From contig CM068769.1 of assembly GCA_035084275.1 (NCBI GenBank), positions 6,696,001 to 6,760,000 on the forward strand: a DNA stretch of 64,000 nucleotides, written 5' to 3'. The notes beneath the pieces were generated by a model that had not been told where the DNA came from, ran no database searches, and was given only the letters and a program-made list of their open reading frames with translations. This document shows positions 50,671-62,465 of the stretch, piece after piece (the first letter of the stretch is position 1; every line of letters begins with the position of its first letter). The translations under genes and the position numbers were made by a program. The stretch comes from Hydrolagus colliei (taxonomy: Eukaryota).

Positions 50671-53133
50671 CATTACATATTTGCCTTTCAGTTATCTATT
50701 TTGTAAACTTCAGATGTTTTTTTTGTCTCAGTTTCGTCTTCACCTCATTATTTATTCTTGGCATATTTTCAGTTAAGTTCCATTATTTCTTCATGGAACA
50801 ATTATCCGGCATCTTTCCCTGAACATGCTTAAACTTGTTCCATAGATACACAAGATCTTGTTTGTCATTTCTGCTGTGACATCTACCTCGGCTAGTATAA
50901 TCGTCACGACATTAAAGTTATCTTATTTTTTGAAAGAGTGACCCTCCTTCACGTCTTATTGATCTACTGTATCACTATTATCATTTTTAAATTAATAATA
51001 TTATATTTAGAAGTTTTAAACCAGACGTAGAATTGTGTGATTTGTATTTGAATCAACTTGTGGCAAGTTTCCAGCTGATCGTCAAGCTAGAACCATCTAG
51101 TTGGATTTTGGCTTGTAGCACAGACAAGAGCTGGTCTGTAAATTCTACTATTTTTCGAGATAAACTGTGTTTGAAGTAGTGAAAATTTAAGAGATAACTG
51201 AAGAGAATTTGTGAGAGAGAAAGAGTTGTTTCAGTGAGAAATAACAAAATATATATTGAGAATTAGTAGATTTTTGATTCCATGATGGAATGTGAGGAGA
51301 ATGCAGTTTGGGGCTTTGTGTATGAAAGTGGTGATACTATCGATTATTCTGGAGACAATTTATTGTTGATAATCATAATAATCAATGCATTTCGTATAGT
51401 GCTTGTTCACGCACTCGAGATGCCTCCAAGTGCTTCACAGATTGCGCGGTAGTACGGAGTGACTTTGTGTTTTGTGGGTGAAACATTACGCAATTACGCA
51501 CTGCAGCATCTGAATCACAGCAGTGTATTGAATGATCAAATTTTTATATAATGTACATTTATTGTATTTTTTAAGCAAATTAATATTTTATTGATTTCCA
51601 TTGACGTATCTATTTATTTTTTGTCAACTTCTTACTTAATTATTCAGAATTGTTGTTGTGATTGTGGTTCACCTAATCTTATTATTTATTATTTCATGTA
51701 TTTTTTGATGTATGTCTTTAATTATATTTTTGTTTATTAGATAATGACTTTGTTCAAGTGATTATTGGCTGATCCGTTTGTTCGCTTGTTTACTTTTCCA
51801 AGGATAATTTCCAGTGGAACATGACTCGCCAATCGACTAACAACAGGGTTCCTGCTTACTGTTTAGTAAAGAGAGTCATGTGTCCTAAAAAAACTTTCTC
51901 CAGGTTTCGTCCAGCCTGGGACTCAAACGCAGGACCTCTCGCTTGTGAGATGGGAACTCTCACCATAAAATTGGAGGATTCCACATTATTTGTTAGATGG
52001 CGGCATCGAGTGGTGGTTCAGGAGAATGGCAGCGTATGGTGTGAGTTGATTTAGTAAACTTGCAATTTAGTTTTCAGTTAGACGTGTAACCATTGAATGC
52101 GGGATACGTCGTATAACATTAATATTAATATTCCGCTCACATCATCACTCTCCTCCACAGCCACGCCTTCTATACTGACTGATTCGCCGGAGCTACTCTC
52201 CGACTCCCACGCCCTCCCATCCCGTGTCTCTCTCCCATGAATCTCCCCTATGCCCCTTCCCCCACCCCCTCGTAGCTCTCCTCTCCCCATAGCTCTCGTC
52301 TACCCGCATAGCTACCACACTTCCAGTACCACACCCCCACCTTGCCACCCTCCATATGCAGCTCAATCTCGCAAAGAATTTCAAACAATGACTCTGTTGC
52401 ACCATTGAAGACTCAAATTTGCTCTCCGGCCGAAAGGACGGAAAATAAACTCAAATTGTTGTATTTGTTCTTGTTGTCAAAGGCGCAATATATCACGAAA
52501 TATTCTGCTGTGAAGTAACTTAACTGTGTATACCTTGGGGAACGTGACAGCAAGATAACACTGTTCAAGTGCGGATTGGATCAAGATACAGTTGTGAATG
52601 GAAGCAACCACAAGAACACACTTTACGTCTTGCAGCTCCCTTCACTATGGAAAGTAGTCCAGGGGCGCTGGAACATCAGGGAGTTGAGAGCTGAGATACA
52701 AGTTGGCTGTTCAGGTGGGGTGGAGGGCTGGGGTGGAGCGGATGGAATTGTGACTAACTCCAAGATCAAGGGGGCGAATTACAATAAGAAAATTACATTT
52801 CGCTGGCGAATTGCACACTGGGCAGGGGTCCCAGTTACTGCAAAGTTAGTATTTCGCACCAGAGTTTAGGCATAGGGAAGTTTGAATGGCAGTGGGAGTT
52901 GGAGGTTGATTAGAAGCACAGTCGATATAGAGAGTCTGGAGATGGGTCTTGACGGAAGTGGAAGAGAGAGGGGGCAAGACAAACGAACACCAATATAGAA
53001 CTCCAGGGTGTGGGGGCGGAGAATCAGCCAACCGTCAATTAGTTACTTAGTTTAATGGATAATTAGTCGAATCTCCGCGAGGCCTCAAGGCCTAGATTCC
53101 GCACACTTTCCAACGGGTGTACAAAATGAAATC

Positions 53134-53488
53134 AGTTTCTGTTGGAGCCCGGCAGTGTAGTCAACCACTGTGGTGAGACTGAAGGCACAGTGATACACTG
53201 CGCTGTCAGATACCAGCAGCTCAGAGATGGATAAACTGGTGATAGAACTAGATTCCTGCAGCTCAGCAGCGAAACGGTTTCCAAATCCTGTTCGTTTCAC
53301 TAGATGTCCATCACCAGAATATATCTCCAAACTATAAACTCTGGGTGTTTGTCTGGGTAACGTCTGTACCACAAGAGATAGTAAATGTTGGCAGTAGTGG
53401 TGTAGGTACATATAACATTGGCAGCTTTTCCTGCTTTCTTATCCATCGTCGGCAGCTTTCTGACTGACAGAATCGGCGTCACAGAGTT
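53134..53488 (-). pseudogene. TCR alpha/delta-type V pseudogene V1 with intact 23-RSS
   Basis: V exon 53173..53488: ELCDADSVSQ...NVICTYTTT..YYLLWYRRYPDKHPEFIVWR...TGFGNRFAAELQESSSITSLSISELLVSDSAVYHCAFS. A +1 and a +2 frameshift flank an in-frame TAA. RSS CACAGTG (53166-53172), 23 bp, ACAGAAACT (53134-53142). Leader not found. Confidence 0.92.
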
Positions 53489-54680
53489 CTGGAAGAAACC
53501 AGGAAAAGCACCGTGAAATATTATACAACAAATTCACAGTTGATTTGTCAGCAGTGGAACAAAAGTTTGCAGTACGTTTTACACAGCGTGTTATAGCATC
53601 GTTGAGACGCCTTAATGCGCTGTCCAGAATATGCAATCAAGTGATAAACTGTAGATTTTAACGCCAGAACATGTCAGCTAGTTTTGCACAGCGGTGCCTC
53701 ACAAAGTCTTGTGGGTTGAGTTACTTAAACTATTATTGAAACATACATAAGGCATTATTACCATCGGAAAAGATATCTGCCTGTCTGGAAAACAAAGGTT
53801 AAAATCGAGAAATAAATATTATTTTTTTATTATTAATGTGCAGGTTCAACCACGTGATAAAACCCCTAAATTCCTATATTCAAGTTCCTGGTCCTCAGAT
53901 ATAAAGCCCTCCACAACCTAGCCCCACCATATGTGACTCCTAACCCTTTACTAACCTGACCTCCCCCTCACTCTGCCCAGCAGTCTCTGGTCTGCTCCAT
54001 GTACGCCTATCCTTCCGCATTACCATTGACGGGCGATCCTTAACCACTCTGCCCCCAACATTTGGATCTCCATCCCGCAGTCCTTCTACCTCGCCGCGTT
54101 CACCGGCCTCTTTCATGTCTCGTCTCCAGATTCTCCTCTTTAATTGACCCATCGGTAACTCCTAATCCATTCTCCGCACCCACTGTCCTCAGCTTGGATC
54201 TGAAGCAGTAACCCCTGACGTGAAAGGCACTATACAAATGTAATTTTGTTGTTGCTATTGTGTATTGGACAGTTTCTTTACTGCGGATTAGTTAGGAGTT
54301 TCGTTTTGGAACAAAGTTGAAATAACTTTGCGAGCTGGAGGTGAAGATTTGCACATGCCTCGCAAACAGTACCAAAATTATTGTCCTTTACACGATTAGT
54401 CTACAGATAACATAATTTAAATATACATTGTATTTGCAAACTGACTTAAATGAAGTGGACATCTGGACCTGTAGCGCCTAACTCGTTCACTAAGTGCTGT
54501 CTGCATTTATTGTAAAGGATAATGATGTGAGAGTTTAGCTGACAAGCTGATGGGAGGGGAATGTGGTTTCCTGCGAGTCTGGCTGCTGAAGTATCTGCTC
54601 CCCGCAGGGCCTCAAGGCCTGACCAAGATTCCGCACAAGTTTCAAACAGACAGATCGTCCCCTATGATTAATATGAGGAC

Positions 54681-55507
54681 AGTTTTTGTACGAGCCCTGC
54701 AGTGTAGTCAACCACATTGGTGCGACTAAAGGCACAGTAATACACTGCGCTGTCAGAAACCAGCAGCTCAGAGATGGATAATCTTGTGGAAGACTAGATT
54801 TCTGTAGCTGAGCAGAGAAACGGTTTCCAAATCCTGTGCCTTTGACTTGATAATTATTCTGATAAGATCTCCAGACTACAAACTCTGGGTGTTTGTCTGG
54901 GTAATATCTATACCAGAAGAGTAAGTAATAGCTATTAGTCGTGAGGTATTTGCAAACCAAATCGACAGTATCTCCTTCTTTCTTAAACACCGGGGCAGCA
55001 TTCTGACTGACAGAATCGGCGTCACAGAGCTCTGTAATAAACGATGGAAAGCATAGCTAAACATTCATGGAAACATAGAATCTTAAGGCACAAAAGGAAG
55101 CCATTCTGCCCATCGCGTCTGTGTCGGCTCTTTGAGCAGAGCAATTCAATCTCACTCCTCAGCTCTCTCTCCCCATAACTGTGCAAAAATGTCGTCCACA
55201 ATTAAACATCTACCTCTCTTTTAAAATATACTTTTGCATCGGCTTCCCCCACCGTTTCAGGCAATGCATACCAGATGCCAACAACACGATGAATGAAAAA
55301 ACGTTTCTTCAACTCCCCTCTACTTATTTTAGAAAATAGTAGTTCATCTCAATTGCGAACTGATTGCTCTGTCCATTCAGCTACAGGCTCCCTCCAACAA
55401 TTGTTGTTGAAATGGAGCTGACAAGCAGCAGCGACACTGAATTAGCTCAACACGACCTCACCTGCCGTAAAGGTTCCCAGCACTAGACAGACAGCAAACA
55501 GCCTCAT
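54681..55507 (-). pseudogene. TCR alpha/delta-type V pseudogene V2 (paralog of V1)
   Basis: Leader 55462..55507 MRLFAVCLVLGTFTA|GTGAGG. V exon 54720..55031 with a 1-nt deletion in FR3. Heptamer mutated to CAATGTG (54713-54719), 23-bp spacer, nonamer ACAAAAACT. CR1 fragment in the leader intron (~55072-55330). Confidence 0.92.
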
Positions 55508-55538
55508 TGCTGCTCCTCAGCCTTCGCTGTTGTGTCTG

Positions 55539-55577
55539 TGACATCAGTTTTGTGGAAACCAACAGCAATAGGCGTCA
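55539..55577 (-). promoter_or_regulatory. CRE-like motifs in the V2 promoter
   Basis: TGATGTCA (55539-55546) and TGACGCC (55571-55577) lie 32-70 bp upstream of the leader ATG. CRE-like elements are established in TCR V promoters. Similar TGACGCA at 57033 (V3) and TGACGTC at 62779 (V5). Confidence 0.55.
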
Positions 55578-56391
55578 TTGGCAGATCCCAGAGTCCTCGG
55601 ACACCTCATTGACATCTCACACTTGCTTCAACAACAGCAACGGATTGATTTTACCTCATTGACATCTCAGTTGCTTTTACATTGTGCAATACAAAATTAC
55701 TGTCTGTGTTATTGCGGCGGGGGTGGGTGGGGTCGTGGGCCGGTGCGAGGTGGGGAGCAGGGAATCCTCCCACGCAGCTCTCGGTAACCTTACAATCAAA
55801 CCTGACAAATATACATTCCATTAACTTAACCGTATATATTCCGTGAAGCGCTTTGGAACGTCGATATACTGTGAAAAGCGCTATCTTGCATTTATAATCA
55901 AATGCAATTATTATTCATATTATTCTAATCCAATCAATGATGGGCATGAACATGGGATTAGTTTACACACACACATAAGGATAAAGCGTTTTTAGTTTCA
56001 CTCCATGTAATGTTTTGTATTAATTCAAACACTTCATCCATTTTATAGCTCAACGGCGGTTAGCACTTTTATTTAGATTTCTAAAAGTTGTAAACTTACA
56101 TTGTTAATCCGTTCGAATTTCTTCATTGATCCCCAGTGTTGATTTGCGCATTATTTATTTTCATAAACAGCAGCTTTAGAATAACAGTTATTTAGTTTGT
56201 TATAGTGAGGTTAAATAATTCCCTACATTAAGCCATGCGACTTGCTTTATTGTTTTATTGCCCTTGTTTTATTGCATGTGGTTGGGAATTAATCACGTGG
56301 ATCTTCTGAGAGACACAGCAGCAAAGTAAAATAGGTCAACTGACAGGAATGACATCTGTGCCGTGATTAAACCCATTAACTCCTCTTTGAA

Positions 56392-56430
56392 GGTTTATGT
56401 ACGGTTGTGTAGCCTGAAGGTAACACTGTG
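56392..56430 (-). other. 23-RSS of V3
   Basis: CACAGTG (56424-56430), 23-bp spacer, ACATAAACC (56392-56400). Confidence 0.92.
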
Positions 56431-56879
56431 CGAGTGATCCCACAATAGTATGTGGCTGAATCAGATAGAGCCGCAGCCAGCACAGTTACAGTGGATGTCT
56501 TGCTGTTCGTGTCCAAACTAGTGGTGAAAAGACCTTCAGCAAATTTAGCTCTGAAAGTGTCACCATCATAATCATGTCTCAGTGTGTACAGAGGAGCCTG
56601 GCCTGGATACTGACGGTACCAGTACATCACAACACCGGTGAAACCAACAGAGTAGGTCCATCTCAGTATCACAGTCTGGCCTTCAGTGACAGACACTTCC
56701 CTCTGTGATGGTTCAACATTATCTCCATTCGCTGTCGCTGTAGACAGAAAGAACAAGTTATTCACTGTAACGCACATACCAGAGCTAAATCTCCAAACGG
56801 CCTTCAGAGCGAGAGTAAATTACTTACATAAAAGGACCAATAAGATTAAAATGATCAAAGCAATGTGTTTACTCTTCAT
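56431..56879 (-). CDS. TCR alpha/delta-type V segment V3: open frame but first-Cys replaced by Trp
   Basis: Leader 56828..56879 MKSKHIALIILILLVLL|GTAAGT, 90-nt intron. V exon 56431..56737 STANGDNVEPSQREVSVTEGQTVILRWTYSVGFTGVVMYWYRQYPGQAPLY...DSATYYCGIT, with no stops. Confidence 0.9.
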
Positions 56880-57329
56880 GTTTCCATGCGAGCAAGTCAT
56901 TCGATGGGAGCTTTTTGAGATGAGAGATTGTGGCCTGAATTGTGACTCAAAGCAGAGTGAGGAGCAACACATACGCCTCTGTGTCAGATGACTATAGTTT
57001 CGAACCGGATTTGTGAAACATAACTAGTCAGATGACGCACCAACGCCTAGTGACTTAGAAATAACAATGGAAATTTCTTCTTGTTGTTCTGCCAGTTTAC
57101 TGTTATAATCGAAGTATAATTTTTCTGCGCTCCTTCATCCTTTCCCGACCCCTCCCGCCGTATTCTTGTCTCTACTCAACTGTACATCCCATTGGGACTG
57201 TCCTCTCGACGTGAATGTCGCTGTATAAATGATGTACTAAATTGTGAAGTCCTATAGATCAGTGGTTAAAATAATCATATCACAGGCGATACACAAGGTA
57301 GTGTAATTAATTTGTTTGATGGAAACATT

Positions 57330-58210
57330 GTGGTAATAAGAAATATAATCATTGCGTTTCGCATAGCGCTTTTCACAATTTGTCGATAGCACAAAAAGCG
57401 CTTCACACAATATACTATTAAGTGAATTAACTCTATACTTGTGAGCGAAAGCGGAAGCCGGTTGCGGAAAACAGCGTCCCACACAAAGAATCGATGATTG
57501 AAATGTAAAATGTTATTGTTGCTTTGTCGTTGGTGCGATTACGATTAGCCGTCTGGAGTAAAGAAACTTGCCAAAGGTTTCGCCCTCACCTACCTGGATA
57601 CAATCAATCAATGAATCAATCAAAACTTACATTTCCACAGCGCCTTTCACGTCGAGAGGACGTCGCAAGGCGCTGTACACTTAGGTAGGGACAAAAGTAG
57701 GGAGAGTGGACTCGGCGCAGGATGAAGAAGAGTAGGAAATTTGACTGTCTATTTGTGGGCGAAACGCATCAACCGAATTGCGCAAAGCAGTGTCCCGTAA
57801 ACAGTAATAGAATTGGGACAAAGGTAAAGGCGCTGAAATATGGCAAGAGGAGGTGTCGGGGTAAGTGGGTAGTGGGAACGAGAGTAGGAACGCCGACTGT
57901 ATACTTGTGGGCGAAACGTGGCAGCAAATTGCGCTCAACCGTGTCCCAGAAACAGTTGGAGAAATGGGGCCGGAGGAAAGGGGGAAAAGAGGGCAAGGGT
58001 GGAGAGGGAGGGAAAGGTGAGGTGGGGAAACGTCAGTTAGGAAGAGGGTGGAGAGAAAAGGTGTAACGGAGAGAGGGAGGGAAAGGCGTGTGGAGGGCAA
58101 GATCAGGGAGAAAGGGATGTCTGAGGGAAGAGAGGGGGAAGGGCAAAAGAAGGGAGAACACAACTCTCACACTTGTAAGGCGAGTGCTACAAACATTGAG
58201 TTCGATAATG
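57330..58210. mobile_element. Nested SINE/L2 fragments with purine-rich tract (57950-58150)
   Basis: Several SINE bodies, heads and tails on the - strand plus an L2 tail at ~57620-57680. Confidence 0.7.
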
Positions 58211-59914
58211 GTGTTTGTGAGTGAAAGGCAATGAAATACATCAATTGACATAGAAATTCAATTTTGATCAACAAAAGCCTTTTGATACTTGATGAGGATT
58301 TGTGCAACTCGGACCAAGAAGCAACAGTGCATTTGAGGGAAACAATATCAACTGTAAAAGGAAACACCCATCAGAGCTGTCAATGTCATTAGTTACAGAA
58401 AAGCAAGTGGCAAGTTACAGCAATGGAAACTCATGTTACACGGGTGCTTAGTTCGCCACCTATTGGTGGCTTGCAGCTACAGCAGGTGTGTAATGGAGAT
58501 ATTTATAGCAAATTGTTTTATGGCTGTCTTGAATTCGTTTGTCGTTTCTACTCCCGTGGAAGCATATACATTCGTCTCGTTCCCTGCTTGTTTCTCATGT
58601 TTTCCCAGCTTTACTAGAAAATAGGAAGCGAATTTATTCCGCAATCACTTGGCGTATTCGTGCTTATATTTGAGCCCCCCACCAATCATTAACGCTCACC
58701 ATACCCAACAATTTAATTTAGTTATTTGATTACTTCCTCTGCCTGTTTAGATTATTTGACTGAAAATTCACAATAGTCAGGTTACAGTAAAGTAAATGTA
58801 CATTTATAGAGTGTCATTCGCATTGGGAGTTCCAAATGCACGATCTTCACCAGGCAAAATATATATTGTAATAATAAAATAAGTAAAGTATTTTCATTGT
58901 ATATTTCTATATCAATAATACAGCTCGTGTTCTCCCTTTGCATCGCCAATAGCTATCAACGTGTGTTTAGTGTGTACTTTAATTCCAGGCGTTAATTGAA
59001 CTAATTATAGCTGGGCAACTTGAATTCGATTAATAAGCAATGCATGCCTCGTTCGCAGAATATTCTCAATATCATGTTTTGGACAGATTATACATCAGTG
59101 AACCTCAATGTGCTTCTGAATCACATTCATGTTACAGCATTAATTACAGTCAGTCTTGAAGCATTCCATGTATTTTGTCACTGGGAATAAAACTCGGCCC
59201 TAAGCTTTGCAAATTTTCGATTAAATCCATCTCCATCTCCATCTCCCCCTTCTCCCATTACCTCTCTTCACAATCGCCCTAAATGTCTTTCTATAGGATA
59301 GTTCCTCTATGATGAGGAAGCGTTATATAAATATAAACTTGTTGTTGTTGTTCCGTGTTCCCTCCACTCCCCGGTGGAAAGTTTCTCTGACACTTTAGGA
59401 CTTAATTTATATTTAAACAACACAAAATTAGCTTGGTGATTTTTAAGTTTTCCTACTTATTCATTTACCACAGAAAAGCACGTACAAGTGTCAGCACTCT
59501 CCGTACACGAAAAGGTTTGCAGGTATTTCCGCGACAATAACATGATTGAATATATTAATAATTATTGTGGTAATTCTTCCAATTGATTAAATTTGCAAGA
59601 CTGCATGGAATATATTGCAAATCAATTCACTATGTATTGAGTGAACAAAACGGCTGCCAATTCATCTCACCAGTTATCCATTGGTTTGAATGTTCAGTTT
59701 GTTGTTGGTTGTACAGTAGTCTTATTCTCAAACCGTTATTATTATTCGATTAAGGGATGATGATCCCTAACACCTAATAACCCAGTTGACATCCAAGCGG
59801 GTTCCTAGTTACCGCGAGGCAAACAGAGGCGTGTGGGTAAAATAAAGAAGGTTTGTGTACAGTACAGAATATTTTGCTCTGCAATGAATGGAACCCAGGT
59901 GTTCTCGCTTGCAA

Positions 59915-60764
59915 CGATTTTGTACGGCTGGAACACTGATTTGTGCGTCTGTGGGGCTCAGCGCACAGTAATACACAGCAGAGTCTGTCACTGTCACTAA
60001 GGATATATTCATTGGCACGGTTCGCCGCGCTTTATCCAAATTCGTTGAGAATCTTTTTTGTGCAAATTCTGCAGGATATTCCTTGTTGTTCCTGGTGTAT
60101 ACGTAAAGGATGTATTCTGGAACTGTGTTGGGATAGTGACGGTACCAGTATATATGCATCGCTGCTGCTTGTAACTGTGTAATTACACAGCAGATAGGCA
60201 TTTTCCCCTTCATTCACTGTCACAGCAGGTTGGAGCTGTGTCACAGAGTCTCCTCCACAAAGCCCTGGAAACGCAAAAAAATACATCATCATTTAATACA
60301 CGAGCAACAATTCCAATCGTCCGCTTGTGTTTCACACGGCGCTATGTCGAGTCGTTGATACGTCTCCAAATAATTCACAGAATAAAATGAGCACAAAACG
60401 ATTTAGTGTGTAATATTTCGCCCTGTTCTGCCAGGGAATCGAACCGTAGTCATCTCGACTGTGAAGCCAGTGCTATCAACAATGAAATAATGAACACTCC
60501 AAATCCTGAAGCTCTTTTTGTATTATTATATAACGTATGCGATAAAACATAGGCATTGGATAATACTTTCGGTAACAAATACAGATAGAATGCTAACCTA
60601 ACAAGGCAACGATGACTACTGCAACATGGATATGCATTGTCATATATATTTAACGACACCATTTGCAGAAAGAACGTTGTAGTGTATGTGAAGAATGTCG
60701 TCTGGGAGGCAGTTAAGATACCGTGAGGAAGGCTGAACAGTAAATGGCATACAGCAGTTGCCAT
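59915..60764 (-). pseudogene. TCR alpha/delta-type V pseudogene V4
   Basis: Probable leader 60722..60764 (MATAVCHLLFSLPH, phase 1). V exon 59954..60264 GLCGGDSVTQLQPAVTVNEGENAYLLCNYTVTSSSDAYI/YWYRHYPNTVPEYIL...DSAVYYCALS, with one frameshift in a (TA) run before Trp41. RSS CACAGAC, 23 bp, ACAAAATCG. Confidence 0.9.
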
Positions 60765-62145
60765 ACAATGTGCGGGAGCAGGTCTGAGGTTTATGTATAA
60801 CCATGTTTGTTTATGTCATTCAGTGTCATTTGCTCTTCTCTGGCATCTCGCTCCTCCATTGGTTCTCCTCCAACACTGACATGTCTTTGATGATCCAGGT
60901 GTCTGACACATGCACCAACTTACACCAATAATTCTGTAACAATTCATTCAAACACTTAAATAATATTCACGTAACTGTACTATCTGCGCTTTCCTTTTTC
61001 TTAGTGGTATCAACACTCACTCCACAAGCAACGTGCCTGTGTTAGATTCTTGTAGGGCGAAATCTTAGATAAGTTTCCTTACTCTAACAACCTGATTTTG
61101 TTTGCCCAGCTATCAGTAGCAGTTCGACTATTTTTTGATTGATCTGATTGTGTTCCAGTGATAATAATCATTCATAAATTAAGCTATTGAATACAACACT
61201 GTTGGTGTGCCATTGCTGTGCACAATTGGCTGCCTGGTCACTATATTTTACAGTGTAGACTATGAAGCGATTATTGGCAAAATCTGGATCGAGGTATTCA
61301 GTGGAAGACACTGGGTATGTACACAGGGCTAGACAATTGCCTGATGTGTGTTGGCTTCACATTCCCTGGGGCAGCTGGCAATTGGGTAACTAGGAGAAAC
61401 CAGCTATTGAGAGGGTTTCAAAGCAAAAGCGGAGGAGTCACGTGGCGTCATGAGTTTCTCAGATGTCTCTGCCACAGTTGGTTGAACGTTTCCTTCCTGG
61501 CTTCTGGGCTACAGCATTTTGGACGCTCAACACCCATTTTCCCAGCATAATTCATGCCTGCAAAGTACACGTGGTGCATTTTATTTCGCTGTGCTCAGCT
61601 TCACATATTAACATTCGTATTTTTAAACGGTGTGTCTGAAACATTGGGAAATCCATCTAAATAATTGTGTTTGGAGTATCTGCATCAAACCGTGTATTGC
61701 AATTTTCCTTAGTTTTGATATACTATCGTACCGTGTCTTTGAGCCGTCGCTAAGCGTTTCACACGATATACTGCAAAGTTTAGCATTGTTGTATTTCGTG
61801 GCAGAGAACTAAACACAGCATCGTCTGACAAAAAATGATGGATCGAGGCACAATTTTTGTTTCATGGATTATTAAACGCTGGAAAGCTCTCCACTAAATG
61901 ACTGCCACTATGGAGCCAACTTACTGCTCGGCAGAGAAATATTAATAATAATAATAATACTTGTATTTGATATAACACCTTATGAATTCTATGTGACATT
62001 ACAATGTGCTTTACATGTTGTACAGTGTAGTGAGGTAACTGTACATGTTACCGGCTGTATGTGACAGCCAGCTGCACACAGCAGTGTTCCACAAACGCTC
62101 ACGGAACGAAAAGGCGAGTGGTATATCCAGTGAGCCACAGTAGCA

Positions 62146-62465
62146 TGTTTGTGTACAGGCTCCTCTTAGACACGCAGCACTGTGCTCTCTGCTGCACAGA
62201 TGTAAGTGGCGGTGTCTGTCACTCGCACGTCTCTGACTGTCAGTGTGCTGTTCTTCTCTTTTGTATCAGCCAAAGTACTTATCCTCTCCTCCGCCTTTAC
62301 CTCCCTTTTTCCCAACACCAATAATCATATGGAGCCATTTCCATACTGTGTGTACCAATGAAAAGATGGGTTGAGCAAAGTGGTGTTGCCATCTATATAT
62401 ATTTCCATTTTCATTCCCTGTCAGTAACAAAGGTCTCTGTGACACTTCGCTTTCAGCCAAGACAC
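62146..62465 (-). pseudogene. TCR alpha-type V pseudogene V5 with canonical 23-RSS
   Basis: Acceptor TTTTCCAG at 62466. GVLAESEVSQRP...; frameshift and loss of first Cys; FHWYTQYGNGSI*LLV...STLTVRDVRVTDTATYICAAE. RSS CACAGTG (62178-62184), 23 bp, ACACAAACA. Confidence 0.88.
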
